Source: an uncultured delta proteobacterium (GTDB lineage: Bacteria > Desulfobacterota > Syntrophia > Syntrophales > Fen-1087). Taken from it: DNA of 64,000 bases. The DNA is taken from contig CAVPSX010000015.1 in the NCBI GenBank assembly GCA_963708515.1, positions 6,396 through 70,395 of the forward strand, given 5' to 3'. The translations under genes and the position numbers were made by a program. The notes under the pieces were generated by a model. It was not told the origin of the DNA. It searched no databases and saw nothing but the letters and a program-made list of their open reading frames with translations. This document shows positions 50,544 to 61,310 of the stretch, piece after piece (positions within the stretch are counted from its first letter, which is position 1; each line of letters opens with the position of its first letter).

Positions 50544-51395
50544 TTACGGTTTAGGCGCTTCTTTCCACTTGACCTGCATGAAGTCCAGATAAGACTGTAC
50601 AATCGTATCACCCAGTCTTGCGGCTGTTACCCAGTCTCCAACGGCCTTCTCGCGATCTCCGATATTCTGGTAGGCATTGCCGCGCAAGCGGTAAGGTAAG
50701 CTTTCCCTGGGATTTTCAGCAATGATCTCCGTAAAAGTCTTGATGGCGCCGGCATAATCACCGGTGTTCATCTGGGTCCGGCCCCTGTCCGGCGTGCTTC
50801 TGTCCACGGCAGGCTTTGCTTTTTCATCCACGACAACCTTGGCCTCACTGACAGGTTCTTGTTTTACTGCTGTTTCTGTCGGCTTGAGATCTTTGTCAGT
50901 GGGTTTCTGTGCCCCCCCAGCGATAGATATGCGTTTCTCCTGTGTTTCGGCATCTTTGCCTTTTGCACGCTGCTTTTCGGCGATCGAAAGAGTGTAGGCA
51001 TTAACGGGCTGGTCTTGTAGCGCTTGAACGGTAAAGTACTTCGATGGGGCCATATCGAGTACGACCCTCAACTTTTTTGTGTCTTTATCTAAATAGCTCC
51101 TTATTTTCTTTACATATTTCCCGGGTACAGGAAGGTTGCGATGTTTCCTTTCTATAAAGGAAACACCTTCAAAGTCCATAATAAGCTTTGCATCCTTGCC
51201 ACCCATTGACGATAACGCCGGGACACAGGACTGACTGCACAGGACGGAAACTCTTTCGTTGCCGTCCTTGTCCGCTTTGAAAGCAATTGCTTTAACGCTC
51301 AGTGTCGTTGTTTGACCCTGAGCCATACAAATGCCATAAGAACTTAATACGAGACAAACAGCCAAGCAGGTTAAACCCCAATGTTTTGTTTTCAT
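50544..51395 (-). CDS. Secreted AMIN-domain + TPR protein
   Basis: Signal peptide; KKIRSY...LRVVLDM AMIN-like segment; C-terminal TPR (YRLRGNAYQNIGD). Confidence 0.7.
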   Translation of the reverse strand: MKTKHWGLTCLAVCLVLSSYGICMAQGQTTTLSVKAIAFKADKDGNERVSVLCSQSCVPALSSMGGKDAKLIMDFEGVSFIERKHRNLPVPGKYVKKIRSYLDKDTKKLRVVLDMAPSKYFTVQALQDQPVNAYTLSIAEKQRAKGKDAETQEKRISIAGGAQKPTDKDLKPTETAVKQEPVSEAKVVVDEKAKPAVDRSTPDRGRTQMNTGDYAGAIKTFTEIIAENPRESLPYRLRGNAYQNIGDREKAVGDWVTAARLGDTIVQSYLDFMQVKWKEAPKP

Positions 51396-51671
51396 ATCAT
51401 CCCTCCCCGAGAAGTTCAGTTCATCCAATGCAAACGACCGTGATGTGTATTATACCATCACTGGTACCCGGATAGCCAGAAAAAAACGCCAAAAGATCTC
51501 CCCCTTCGGTAGCATTTATTTATGAGGCAACTGGCCGCTCCGCTGAAGGCGGGTATGAAGACTTTCTTTCCATACATAGTACACAATTCTGAAGGATCTC
51601 CGCTTCCATATCGGCAGGTGAAAAAGAGGGGCATCCTGTGGGCACATCATTCCCTCTCAAATTCTGTTTGT

Positions 51672-52724
51672 TCACGGCTCACCGGTTATTTGTATGTTGA
51701 CCGCTACCGTTCCGTTCGAAAGATCACGGGGGATCTTTTTGACTTTAATCCAGCCGATCGCTTCGATTCCATGCAGAAACGCGGTGAGGTTGTTCACCGC
51801 AACTTCCGCCTTGACAAGTGCTCCTGCGTCCCGATGCTTCCTCTCGATGACGCGGCCGTTGACCTGGCCGATGCGTTCTTCGATCTCCCGGACGGCGACA
51901 GACACATCCTTGACCTGAATGGTCAGATGAACGGCGGCATCCATTGCCTGTGATGGGGCGGGTGCGGTGCCCATGGCGGCCATTTTTCCCTTTCTGACGG
52001 GTTCGGATAGGGGCGCTTCAAAAGACTGCGCTACCTCCTGCTTATCGGCCCGCTCCTGCGTCCTGCGCAACGCCTCTGCGCGCAGCGTCAGGCTCTCCTT
52101 TTCTCTGGTTGCGATGACCGGGGCTGCGGATTTCGCCACTGGCGCCCGCGCTTCCGGCAATGACGGCTGTGGACCGGTTATCCGGTCAGCTTTTGCGCCA
52201 TCTTCAACCGGCGGGGCCGAAAATCCCTGCCTCTTTTTATCGGAAAAATCCCTTGCAGGCGCTTTCATCACCGGTGTGACGATGGCTGGCGCCCCGGGGG
52301 CTTTGATGGATTCAGCCGTGGCCCTGCCTTTTGCGGGCTCCGGTTCGGTGATCGCGGGCGGCGCCAGGTCTTTCAATTCCGGAATGACCGTCCGGTAGAT
52401 GGAGAAGGCCAGGACGGCAACCAGCAGCGTGGCGAAGGCCTGGATGGGAACCTTGATGTAAAGCGGATAGAAAAGTTTGCGCAGAATTCCCTGCTTTTGT
52501 GCGGTCTCTTCCCGGACCCCGGACATGATCCGCTGCTCGAAGAAGGGCGGCGGTTCCACATCCGGGAGGTCTTGCACGAGTCTCTGCGTCTTCCTGAGGT
52601 TCTCGCAAGCGCGGCTGCAGCGCGGACAGGAGGCAAGGTGCCCCTCGATGGTCTCTTTCTCTTCTGGAGACAGCAGATGTTCCAGATAGGCCGGAAGCCG
52701 GTTTTCGATCTCCTTGCACGTCAT
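51672..52724 (-). CDS. Zinc-finger (HxxxCxxC) membrane anti-sigma factor
   Basis: C...HLASCPRC ZAS motif, one TM helix; overlaps the ECF sigma stop. Confidence 0.85.
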   Translation of the reverse strand: MTCKEIENRLPAYLEHLLSPEEKETIEGHLASCPRCSRACENLRKTQRLVQDLPDVEPPPFFEQRIMSGVREETAQKQGILRKLFYPLYIKVPIQAFATLLVAVLAFSIYRTVIPELKDLAPPAITEPEPAKGRATAESIKAPGAPAIVTPVMKAPARDFSDKKRQGFSAPPVEDGAKADRITGPQPSLPEARAPVAKSAAPVIATREKESLTLRAEALRRTQERADKQEVAQSFEAPLSEPVRKGKMAAMGTAPAPSQAMDAAVHLTIQVKDVSVAVREIEERIGQVNGRVIERKHRDAGALVKAEVAVNNLTAFLHGIEAIGWIKVKKIPRDLSNGTVAVNIQITGEP

Positions 52725-53353
52725 GTCAGATCACCGAATACTTTCAGCAGGCCGTCTTTCAGGGCGTTTCGGGCGCGGAAGAGCCGCGACTTGACGGTTC
52801 CCTCTGGCAGTTTCAGCATCGCCCCGATCTCTTCGTAGGAAAACCCCTGAATGTCCCTGAGCACGAGAACTTCCCGCTGCTCGCCTTCGAGGGCGGTGAT
52901 GCACTCCTGGACCTTCATGTCCCTTTCCCGCTTTTCGATCTGTTCGATGACCGATGCCTCCCAGCAACAGGGCTCATTCAGAAAACGACCCTCCGCCGAT
53001 GTCGCAGGATCGTCAAGCGAAGCCCCTTCGCTGTGTGAGCGGGCGGTTCGCTGTGCCAGGTGGCTTTTGGCGTGGTTGAGGACAATGCCGCATAGCCAGG
53101 TGGAAAAACGGGCGTCACCCCTGAATTTTCCAATGGCCCGCCAGGCGGCCAGGAAAGCCTCCTGCACCGTGTCGCAGGCCTCGTCATAGTCGCCGATCAT
53201 GCGGTAGGCGATGTTGAGCATCTTCTTCTGGTGCCTCCGGACCAAAAATGCGAATGCCTCGGTTTCGCCCCGCTGGCAGCGTGCGACAAAACCGGCGTCA
53301 TCGTCTCCGATGGTCCGGCTTTGCGCGTCCCCTGATTCAGGTCTTTCCGGCAA
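52721..53353 (-). CDS. ECF sigma-70 factor (RpoE-like)
   Basis: VQEAFLAAW, FSTWL, SYEEIG, GTVKSRLFRAR. Confidence 0.93.
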   Translation of the reverse strand: MPERPESGDAQSRTIGDDDAGFVARCQRGETEAFAFLVRRHQKKMLNIAYRMIGDYDEACDTVQEAFLAAWRAIGKFRGDARFSTWLCGIVLNHAKSHLAQRTARSHSEGASLDDPATSAEGRFLNEPCCWEASVIEQIEKRERDMKVQECITALEGEQREVLVLRDIQGFSYEEIGAMLKLPEGTVKSRLFRARNALKDGLLKVFGDLT

Positions 53354-53481
53354 GAACGATCCCTCCTGTCAACACATGCAGGGCACGGCAATCTCATAAA
53401 AAGATCATCGCTGGATCAGCCTACCATGTTGCTTCGCCGTGCGCAATGACAGAAAACCCGTCGCTGCCATTTCAAGCCCCG

Positions 53482-54342
53482 TCAGCGCCGAAAACTCGTC
53501 GGCGGTGGAAGGGCGTAGCCGTCATTGTCCCACAGGCGGTTGTGTGGCCGGTGATACGGTCCGGCGCAGGCAATCACCCCCATCTTGCAGAGCGTTGCGC
53601 GCCATTCGTACTTCAGATAGATGGTCTCCGCCGCTTGTCTCTCAGATTCAAAGGCCACGGTGCGCGAGGGGGAATACTCGTCCCGGCCATAGCCGGTGCC
53701 GGCGCTTTCCATCGCCCGTTCGGACCGCGCGGCATCCTGCTTCATGCGCATGCCGGAGGCCGATGGAGCCGCCTGATCGGCCTGCGCCTTGCCGGCGGCA
53801 TCTGCCCCTTTCCCTTCCCGGCCACGCTCATAGGACGGGGTTGTCTGGGGCAGGGGGGTCGGCAGCCTGCAGCGCTGCACCTCCGGATAGACCGCCACGG
53901 CGATCACCCCCATGGCGCTTTCATCGCCAAAAGCCGCGGCATAGGAATCAGGCACATCGGTGAAGTAGAACCGGTTGATGCGATCCTGGGCCGTACGCCA
54001 GCCGGAGAATGCGCCCGAACCATAGGGCTCAAGAATGTACATGCGCTCGCTGTTTTTCAACCAGGATTTCGTGCCGCTGATGATGTTCCGGCCATCCACG
54101 GCAATGACCAGACCCACCCGTCGGTTGAGCCGGTTTTTCACTTCGATGCGGTAGTGGTCGCCCTTGATCGCCTCGGCATACACCTTGCGCACGTCGCTGC
54201 TCATCTTTACGGGAACGACCGGCAGCATCCGGCCGTCATCGCTTATGATGCTCACCTCCACGGCATTGCCCACGACGCCTGCCCAAGCGCTGGCCGAAAA
54301 CATCGCAATGGCCAGCATAGCAATAATGATGGTTTTCTTCAT
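53482..54342 (-). CDS. Secreted hypothetical protein
   Basis: Signal peptide (SAWA), AVDGRNIISG and GWR motifs, AGGAGG RBS; upstream of the ECF sigma. Confidence 0.8.
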   Translation of the reverse strand: MKKTIIIAMLAIAMFSASAWAGVVGNAVEVSIISDDGRMLPVVPVKMSSDVRKVYAEAIKGDHYRIEVKNRLNRRVGLVIAVDGRNIISGTKSWLKNSERMYILEPYGSGAFSGWRTAQDRINRFYFTDVPDSYAAAFGDESAMGVIAVAVYPEVQRCRLPTPLPQTTPSYERGREGKGADAAGKAQADQAAPSASGMRMKQDAARSERAMESAGTGYGRDEYSPSRTVAFESERQAAETIYLKYEWRATLCKMGVIACAGPYHRPHNRLWDNDGYALPPPTSFRR

Positions 54343-54375
54343 GATTCGATCCTCCTTGAAAGTTGTTTTGTATAT

Positions 54376-54404
54376 TTAGACAGTCGGAGGCGCAGAAAAG
54401 TTCC
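54376..54404 (-). promoter_or_regulatory. SigmaE-type ECF promoter
   Basis: Minus strand GGAACTT-N16-GTCTAA, ~35 nt upstream of the 54342 start. Confidence 0.75.
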
Positions 54405-54432
54405 CGGAAAGTGAATTTTCAGGGTGTATGGT

Positions 54433-54460
54433 TTGACATTATGAAGATCGCCCCTATATT
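54433..54460 (+). promoter_or_regulatory. Putative sigma70 promoter of msrAB
   Basis: TTGACA-N16-TATATT. Confidence 0.5.
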
Positions 54461-54491
54461 TAACCTCAAGGCACATCGGGGAGGTTAAAAG

Positions 54492-55616
54492 ATGAAAAGC
54501 AAAATATTGCTCAAGCTATTGATATGCATCACATTAGTGTTTTTTTACGCCGGTTGTCAGGCCAAAGACGGCGACCGGGGGAAGGAGGTCGGCAGGAAAA
54601 TGACGGAAAATCGTGCAGTATCCGGGACAGTCTTTGCCGCAGCGACATTTGCCGGCGGCTGTTTCTGGTGCGTTCAGGCCGCGTTTACGAAGGTGCCGGG
54701 TGTGGTGAAGGCCACGTCCGGTTATGCAGGCGGAACCGGAGAGAATCCAACGTATGAAAACTATATGCGCACGGGACATATTGAAGCTGTTCAGGTCCTC
54801 TACGATCCCGCGAAAGTTTCCTATGAGCAATTATTGGGTGTGTTCTGGAGACAGATCGATCCCACGGACCCAAGCGGGCAGTTTGCCGATCGGGGGCCGC
54901 ATTACCGCAGCGCTATTTTCTACCATGACGATGCGCAGCGGCGACTGGCCGAACGATCAAAGGATGACCTCATGAAGTCCGGACAGTTTGGCAAGATAAT
55001 CGTGACGGAAATTATCCCGTTTACGCGGTTCTATGCGGCGGAGGATTATCACCAGGATTACGACCAGAAAAATCCGCAGCATTACGAGAACTACCGCCAG
55101 GGATCAGGCCGAGGTCCCTATCTTGAGCGGATCTGGAAAAGGGACGGCAGCAGCGCCGGACCGGCATCCGGCCGGCCTTACAAAAAGCCCGATGAGCAGG
55201 CGCTGAAGCAAACACTGACCCCGCTCCAGTATGAAGTCACGCAAAAGGAGGGCACCGAGACGCCCTTTCAGAACCCGTACTGGGATAATAAAGAAGAAGG
55301 CATTTATGTGGATGTGGTCAGCGGCGAGCCCCTCTTCAGTTCCCTGGACAAATATGATTCCGGCACAGGGTGGCCAAGCTTCACAAGGCCCTTGGAACCC
55401 GCAAATCTCGCTGAGAAAAAGGACAATCGTTTATTCATGCCGCGCACGGAGGTCCGAAGCAGACACGCCGACTCGCATCTCGGGCACGTCTTTCCGGACG
55501 GCCCCAAACCGACGGGGCTGCGCTATTGCATGAATTCGGCGGCCATGAGGTTCATCCCCAGGGAGGATCTCGAAAAAGATGGCTACGGCCGGTATCTGCA
55601 TCTGTTCAAGAAATGA
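54492..55616 (+). CDS. msrAB: Exported fused methionine sulfoxide reductase A/B
   Basis: Lipobox YAGC; GGCFWC (MsrA); GWPSF, HLGHVF, RYCMNS (MsrB). Confidence 0.95.
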   Translation: MKSKILLKLLICITLVFFYAGCQAKDGDRGKEVGRKMTENRAVSGTVFAAATFAGGCFWCVQAAFTKVPGVVKATSGYAGGTGENPTYENYMRTGHIEAVQVLYDPAKVSYEQLLGVFWRQIDPTDPSGQFADRGPHYRSAIFYHDDAQRRLAERSKDDLMKSGQFGKIIVTEIIPFTRFYAAEDYHQDYDQKNPQHYENYRQGSGRGPYLERIWKRDGSSAGPASGRPYKKPDEQALKQTLTPLQYEVTQKEGTETPFQNPYWDNKEEGIYVDVVSGEPLFSSLDKYDSGTGWPSFTRPLEPANLAEKKDNRLFMPRTEVRSRHADSHLGHVFPDGPKPTGLRYCMNSAAMRFIPREDLEKDGYGRYLHLFKK

Positions 55617-55734
55617 TGCGGGGCCCTGAAGGAATCAGCCTTTAATGCGTGTTTTGAAATACTCGGTGAGATCGTTGCCGGTCGCTGACTCCACGTAACA
55701 AAATGATGGTTGACAGTTCATAGGATGGTTGTCA

Positions 55735-56166
55735 TCATCTATCTGTTTTTCTTGTTGAATTAAGAAAAGGAGATAGCGACGATAAACTCGGGATCGGCAG
55801 CATCAAGCTCCTGGTGAACTTGTCGCCGGAGAGAGGCTGATAGCTAATGGTCGGTTTATCCGAGTACCGGCCTGAGGCTCCCACATGGGCGAAGGTATCG
55901 CCACGTCCGACCGGAGCAATTTCGCCGCTAAGGTTGACCTCACCCGTTAGCTCGTACGCGTTGATCACAGATGCAATGTCCATGAAGACCGGCGCATCGG
56001 AGTAACGAACCGTCAGCAGGTTGAGCAGCATCTGCCGTTTCCATGATTCTGAGATAGCGGTCACATAATCGAACCGGTCGCGGGTCACATTCGCAGGACC
56101 AATACTCGCGCAGCCGCTCGTGGACAACATTGCTGCGATCGCAAAGATGGAAACGATCTTTCTCAT
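55735..56166 (-). pseudogene. 3'-truncated hypothetical lipoprotein
   Basis: Lipobox TSGC; DRFDY...LLNL..RY...PTISYQPL; ends abruptly in AT-rich sequence. Confidence 0.5.
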
Positions 56167-56769
56167 GAGACCTCCCTTGCTCATTCCTGCCTCCCGAAGA
56201 CTCATCTGTTCTCTGTTATCAAAAATATTTCCGCTCCCTCATATCTTTTATCGCGCAGGGCCGAGCCCGACAGAGGATATTCGATTTTGTCGTTCATTAA
56301 ATAGTATAGGGTGTTTTTAGGTACATTGTTGATTTGCAATTGCGGTCATGCATTTTTATCAAGGTTGACTGGTTGTGTAGTACAGCAAGCTATACGTAAC
56401 AAATAATCCAATTACTGATTTTTCAAGAGCACCAAAACAGCCGGAATCGCTGTGTCCACCTACAACTGTTTGTCGATGGATATTCATCTGAAGTGGGGAT
56501 TACGGATTGAACTTGCTGGAGATACAAAATAAATATCCAAGTCCAAGCTCTCCTTTCGTGGCCTAATATCCAATATTCTGATTTGAGGGACACGGGATGG
56601 CCACTAATTGGCTGTAACCCTAACAATATCATCAACCCCGGGGGGGAAACTGAGGCTTGACCTGGAGTGCGCCTGAACAGGACCTTTTGTATTATGGTAT
56701 AGCCTATAGAAGAATACAGGTCTTTCCAGGCTGATAATCTTCGCGGAACAAAGCTGCTGCTATCATTTT

Positions 56770-57447
56770 TTAAAGCATAATCCTTGCGTCCGCAACCACG
56801 CACCTTTTGGAGGAGCACAGGAGGGGATTGATATCAATAGATTCGATCAGAGCCGAAAGATCCATCACTAAGTTTGAAAAGGCAACAACGGTATTTTCGA
56901 GATTGTCCTTGTTTACCGGTTCGGTGCCGCGATATCCCTCAAGGAGTTTGTGGGCCTGGAGGCCGGTTAGCATTCCCTGCACATCAGCCGGCAAAAGTGG
57001 TGCCATCCTCAGGCTCACATCCTGATAGATCTCAACACCGGTGCCGCCGATTCCAAGCAGGATCATAGGGCCGAACTGGAGATCGACCTTTGAGCCGAGG
57101 ATAAGTTCAACCCCTCTTACCATCTCTTCAATAAGCACACCCACGAAGCCTTCCATGACCATAAAGCGCGCAAAAACGTCTTTGAGATGGGTGTCGTCGG
57201 GTATGCCGACCACTACTCCGCCCACATCCGATTTATGGAGGATCACAGTTGAAACGACCTTGGCAACCACCGGATATCCGATATCGTGTGCAAAACGAAG
57301 GGCCTCGCTCTGGTTCCTTGCAAGGATAAATTTCGGGACGTCGAGCCCGTAAAGAGAAAAGATAAATTTTGCATCCGGTTCCAGCACCCATCCATTGCCG
57401 CGGGAATCATTTATGATCTTAATTATTTCAGGGCGGACATCCATCAT
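56770..57447 (-). CDS. Acetate/acyl-CoA ligase (ADP-forming) beta / ATP-grasp subunit
   Basis: HKSDVGGV, FGPMILLGIGG, DINPL, VADAR. Confidence 0.9.
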   Translation of the reverse strand: MMDVRPEIIKIINDSRGNGWVLEPDAKFIFSLYGLDVPKFILARNQSEALRFAHDIGYPVVAKVVSTVILHKSDVGGVVVGIPDDTHLKDVFARFMVMEGFVGVLIEEMVRGVELILGSKVDLQFGPMILLGIGGTGVEIYQDVSLRMAPLLPADVQGMLTGLQAHKLLEGYRGTEPVNKDNLENTVVAFSNLVMDLSALIESIDINPLLCSSKRCVVADARIML

Positions 57448-58808
57448 GGCCGGTTCCTCCTCATTGCCTTTACCATCTGCACTGAGCCATCAATGGAAGG
57501 GGATACAGGAACGCCATTGAGCTCAAATCCCTCAATGAGCATATTATATTTTTCCACATGGGGGATATAGGCCACCAGGGGTTTGCCGAAGTGTGACGCA
57601 ACACTGCTCAGTTTTGAGCCAAGGTCGGATGTTATCCCCGGCACATAGGGCAGGAGAAGCGCCAGCACGCAGTCAACTTCTTCCATGTTGAACAGGGCAT
57701 TGGTGCAGGCAACAAAGTCTTCATCAATGGCGCTTCCGGTAAGGTCGAGGGGGTTGCTTAGCGAGGCTATTTGGGCGATACTTTGCGTAAGTTTTTTCCT
57801 GAGCTCATCCTGAAAACTTTTTGAAAGTGCCGGTACGGATATACCATTAAGCGTGCAGGCATCAACTGCCATGGCACCATGGCCTCCGCTTACCGTAAGG
57901 ATGCCCACCTTGCCATCGATGGGTTGAGGATACGCGCTCAAGGCCTCGCAGAATGAAATGAATTCAAGCTCGGTCTTAGCCTCCAAGACACCGTACTGGG
58001 CAAGGGCCGAAGAGAAGCTCGCATAGTCGCCGGCCAGCGATGCTGTATGGCTGGAGACCGCTCTGCTCCCCTCAGGGCTCTTCCCGGACTTAATGACAAT
58101 CAACGGCTTGGAACACTTCTTTGCTGCCAGGACAAACTCTCTGCCCTCATTTCGATCGAATCCTTCGATGTAGAAGGCAATGACCTTGGTGGCCGGATCA
58201 TCAGAAAAATAGGAGAGCATGTCGATCTCATTGATGAGGGCCTTATTGCCTATGCTGACAGCCTTGGCGAGACCCACGCCCTCATCCGCAAACTTGATCA
58301 TCATGTCCACCAGGATGCCTCCGCTCTGACTCACAAATGAAACACCACCCGGATCAGGCTTTACCATTCGTTCGCTGGGCAGGAAAAAGGTGTCCACGAG
58401 GGAAGGGACGTAGATTCCGAGGCAGTTAGGACCTATGAAGGGAAGATTCCCCTCTGAGGCTATGGCGACGATCCTGTCCTGCAGGTCGGCTCGTCCCACC
58501 TCTTTGAACCCCCCTGTGATTATGGCGGCACAACAAACATGGGACTTAATACATTCAGAAAGCACGTCCGGGACAGATTCGGCCCTCACGGCAATTACTG
58601 CAAGATCGATCTTTTCGGATATGTCGGAGATACTCTTGTAGATTGTCTGGCCGTTGATGGTCCCTCCCCGGGGATTGACGGCAAAGACCCTCACCGGATA
58701 TCTGTGAAGGTTCTTTGTGAATATCACATTGGCCGGGTGCTGATAATTGCTGGAAGAAACCCCAATAACCGCCATGGTCTTGGGCGCAAAAAGGGGTTTA
58801 AGATCCAT
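57444..58808 (-). CDS. Acetate/acyl-CoA ligase (ADP-forming) alpha / CoA-binding subunit
   Basis: GPNCLG, SQSGG, SHTASLAG, NPLDLTG. Confidence 0.92.
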   Translation of the reverse strand: MDLKPLFAPKTMAVIGVSSSNYQHPANVIFTKNLHRYPVRVFAVNPRGGTINGQTIYKSISDISEKIDLAVIAVRAESVPDVLSECIKSHVCCAAIITGGFKEVGRADLQDRIVAIASEGNLPFIGPNCLGIYVPSLVDTFFLPSERMVKPDPGGVSFVSQSGGILVDMMIKFADEGVGLAKAVSIGNKALINEIDMLSYFSDDPATKVIAFYIEGFDRNEGREFVLAAKKCSKPLIVIKSGKSPEGSRAVSSHTASLAGDYASFSSALAQYGVLEAKTELEFISFCEALSAYPQPIDGKVGILTVSGGHGAMAVDACTLNGISVPALSKSFQDELRKKLTQSIAQIASLSNPLDLTGSAIDEDFVACTNALFNMEEVDCVLALLLPYVPGITSDLGSKLSSVASHFGKPLVAYIPHVEKYNMLIEGFELNGVPVSPSIDGSVQMVKAMRRNRP

Positions 58809-59049
58809 GTATATCCTCCTCATATGTCTGCAACATATATAATACGCAGAGACCCTTGTGGATAGAAGGGGGAGAAAGGAAGTGTTTTAAGCTGAAGGCG
58901 GATAGCTTTAAAAATGTATGTCCTACCGAGAAATGGAATCTGCCCGGGCCTTCACCTTCTTTGCGATTATGCTTATAGCCATAGAGCAATCCATCGATAA
59001 GAACTTCCTTTTTCATAGTGGGAGTATATGAAGAAGGATATGGTGTGTC

Positions 59050-59079
59050 AATTGAATATTACTAAATTGAATATTACTA
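59050..59079 (+). repeat. Perfect 15-bp tandem direct repeat
   Basis: AATTGAATATTACTA x2. Confidence 0.8.
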
Positions 59080-59319
59080 TACAATATGGGGTTTCGGCGA
59101 TCATTGCTGATGACAAGAAGATGTCTCTTTCGTCGACGGCGTGCCGGACGTTTTTTCTTCTACACTGCCGCCCTCCGGAACGCAAGTTCCGGTTGCAGAC
59201 CAAACGGACGGCGCCATGACTGGTAAATACCTGCGATCCGTAACAAGTGGAGACGTAAAACTAATTGATTCTATAGAGGCATCTGTGTTAAAAAAAGCTG
59301 ACAATTGTTTTTTTCTGTC

Positions 59320-59532
59320 AGCGAGACGGAGGAGATCGGACCCCACTATGCCCGCACCCTTCGGGAGTGGCGGAACCGCTTCCTGGCGCAGACCCCGGCT
59401 CTCGAAGCGATAGGGCTGGGAAGCGCTTCCCGACGGAAATGGGTCTATTATCTGGCCTCCTGCGAGGCCGGTTTCGCCACCGGCGCCACGGGAGGTCTGC
59501 AGATCGTCCTCGAGCGGGAGCCGGGGGAATGA
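59320..59532 (+). pseudogene. cfa: C-terminal fragment of a cyclopropane-fatty-acyl-phospholipid synthase
   Basis: IGPHYARTLREWR...RKWVYYLASCEAGF; N-terminal SAM-binding part absent. Confidence 0.8.
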
Positions 59533-59542
59533 AGGAGGTCTG

Positions 59543-59992
59543 ATGTCGAGGTACTGGCTGCTTCCCCTCGTGGTAATGATGGTCGGATGTGCGGGAAACC
59601 GCAACTCCCACATGGGGGTTACCGGCGGCAGGCTTGCCGCCTGTCCCGACTCGCCCAACTGCGTCTCCTCGCAAAGCGCCGATCCGAGGCATGCCATCGA
59701 CCCCCTCCGCTACGAGGGGACGGCCCAGAAGGCCCGGGAACGCCTGGTCAAGGCGATCTCGGAGATGAAACGGGCCCGCATCGTCATAGCCGAAGAGCGT
59801 TATATCCACACAGAGTTCACCTCCGCCTTCTTCCGCTTCGTGGACGACGTGGAGTTTCTTCTGGACGACGGGACCAGGACGATCCATGTGCGTTCGGCAT
59901 CCCGCGTCGGCTATTCCGATTTTGGCGTCAACCGCCGGCGCGTGGAGGAGATCCGTACGCGGTTCGACGCCCTCAACAAAGAGAGGACTTAA
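59543..59992 (+). CDS. DUF1499 family lipoprotein
   Basis: CPDSPNCVSS, FVDDVEF, RSASRVGYSDFGVNRRR. Confidence 0.9.
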   Translation: MSRYWLLPLVVMMVGCAGNRNSHMGVTGGRLAACPDSPNCVSSQSADPRHAIDPLRYEGTAQKARERLVKAISEMKRARIVIAEERYIHTEFTSAFFRFVDDVEFLLDDGTRTIHVRSASRVGYSDFGVNRRRVEEIRTRFDALNKERT

Positions 59993-59996
59993 GGAG

Positions 59997-60584
59997 ATGA
60001 TTATTTTCAGAAGAGGGATTCCGGTCTTGATCATTATGGTTTTGCTGACCGCCGGCGGGTGCGCCCACCGGGGGCAGGAAGGAAGCGACATGATTCGATA
60101 TGAAAAGGCCCTGGCGGAGACGGACCCGGCGAAGGTTGCCGGACTGCAACCCGGCTCACAACTGGAGAAAGAAGCAGTTGCGCGCTTTGTGGATTTCTAC
60201 CGGGTCTTTTCCTCAGAGGTGATCCGGAAAGGAGTGCGGGGGCTGTATGCGGACGGCGCCTACTTCCGGGATGGTTTCAAGGAGGTCGTGGGGATCGAAG
60301 CGATTGAGGCCTATTTCCTCAAGAGCGCGGAGGGGATACAGACCTGCACGTTCGACATCCAGGAGATGGCCGTCCATGGGGGTAACTACTATTTCCGCTG
60401 GGTCATGCACCTGAAGATGAAGCGCAGCCCTGACGACCCCATCCGGACGGTGGGCATGTCCCATGTCCGGTATGACGCCAAGGGCAAGGTGAACTTCCAT
60501 CAGGATTACTGGGACACGGGAGTGGTCTACGAGAAGATCCCCGTCATGGGCGCGGTGATTCGCTGGATCAAGAACAAGTTTTAG
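59997..60584 (+). CDS. SnoaL/NTF2-like lipoprotein
   Basis: Lipobox AGGC; YADGAYFRD, HQDYWD. Confidence 0.8.
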   Translation: MIIFRRGIPVLIIMVLLTAGGCAHRGQEGSDMIRYEKALAETDPAKVAGLQPGSQLEKEAVARFVDFYRVFSSEVIRKGVRGLYADGAYFRDGFKEVVGIEAIEAYFLKSAEGIQTCTFDIQEMAVHGGNYYFRWVMHLKMKRSPDDPIRTVGMSHVRYDAKGKVNFHQDYWDTGVVYEKIPVMGAVIRWIKNKF

Positions 60585-60741
60585 CGGACGAGCGGCGGGG
60601 CGGGGCCGCCTGCCCGCCACGCTGACATTTTACAGGAGAGACACGAATTTTTTAGCGATCCAGTTGAACGGCTGGCTACTCCCTCCCTTCGTTGTGATTA
60701 CCGATAGCTTGGAGAAGGTTTGTGACATTATTCCCAGTAAT

Positions 60742-61161
60742 TTATTCTGCTTTATCATGAGACTGGCTTCTCTTCATTAGGAAATAGCCAACTGTCAGCG
60801 CAACAATAATAGAGGCGATCCCGATCAAGCTCAGACTGTCAACCTCCTTCAAATCCAGAATTATGACTTTACGGGAAATTGCAATTATCGCCACTGAAAG
60901 AACGACCTCATAATGAGGTTGCCCTTGGGTTATGTAGGTCTTCATAATGGTTTCCAGAAGCTCAATTCCGATAACGACCAGCATAAAGAGCCCGAATATA
61001 TCTAGCAGCTGATCGATTTCGAGAAGAAAGTAAGGTGGCCTAAAAATATCTTTGATTATGTGCCAACCAAGGTCAAGGGTGGCAAGGCCCAGAACGATTG
61101 CCATCATCACCATAAGCGCTTGAATCATAAACTTTTCGTACTTCTTCAATAGAGTGAACAT
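60742..61161 (-). CDS. PsiE-family membrane protein
   Basis: 4 TM helices; IGIELLETI, AIIAISRKVIILD. Confidence 0.85.
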   Translation of the reverse strand: MFTLLKKYEKFMIQALMVMMAIVLGLATLDLGWHIIKDIFRPPYFLLEIDQLLDIFGLFMLVVIGIELLETIMKTYITQGQPHYEVVLSVAIIAISRKVIILDLKEVDSLSLIGIASIIVALTVGYFLMKRSQSHDKAE

Positions 61162-61310
61162 AATCTGCTTGCTCCATTCATAATAGTGACTTTCACTTCT
61201 GCGATGTGGTCTCCCCTATTTCAACATTTCAGGTATAAATGTCGCCCATTGTTTCGTCTTGATCGCCTGTTCGCATGACGCAGTGCTCCATGCTATTAAG
61301 GGGCTGTTTC

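Noticed and set aside
54492..55616. Selenocysteine recoding in MsrA or other redox proteins
   Set aside because: Catalytic positions are ordinary Cys codons; no in-frame TGA interrupting a conserved domain was seen
56423..56760. AT-rich stretch with a weak ORF and CCCCGGGGGGG run as a possible ncRNA or gene
   Set aside because: No tRNA or riboswitch motif and no coding signature recognisable
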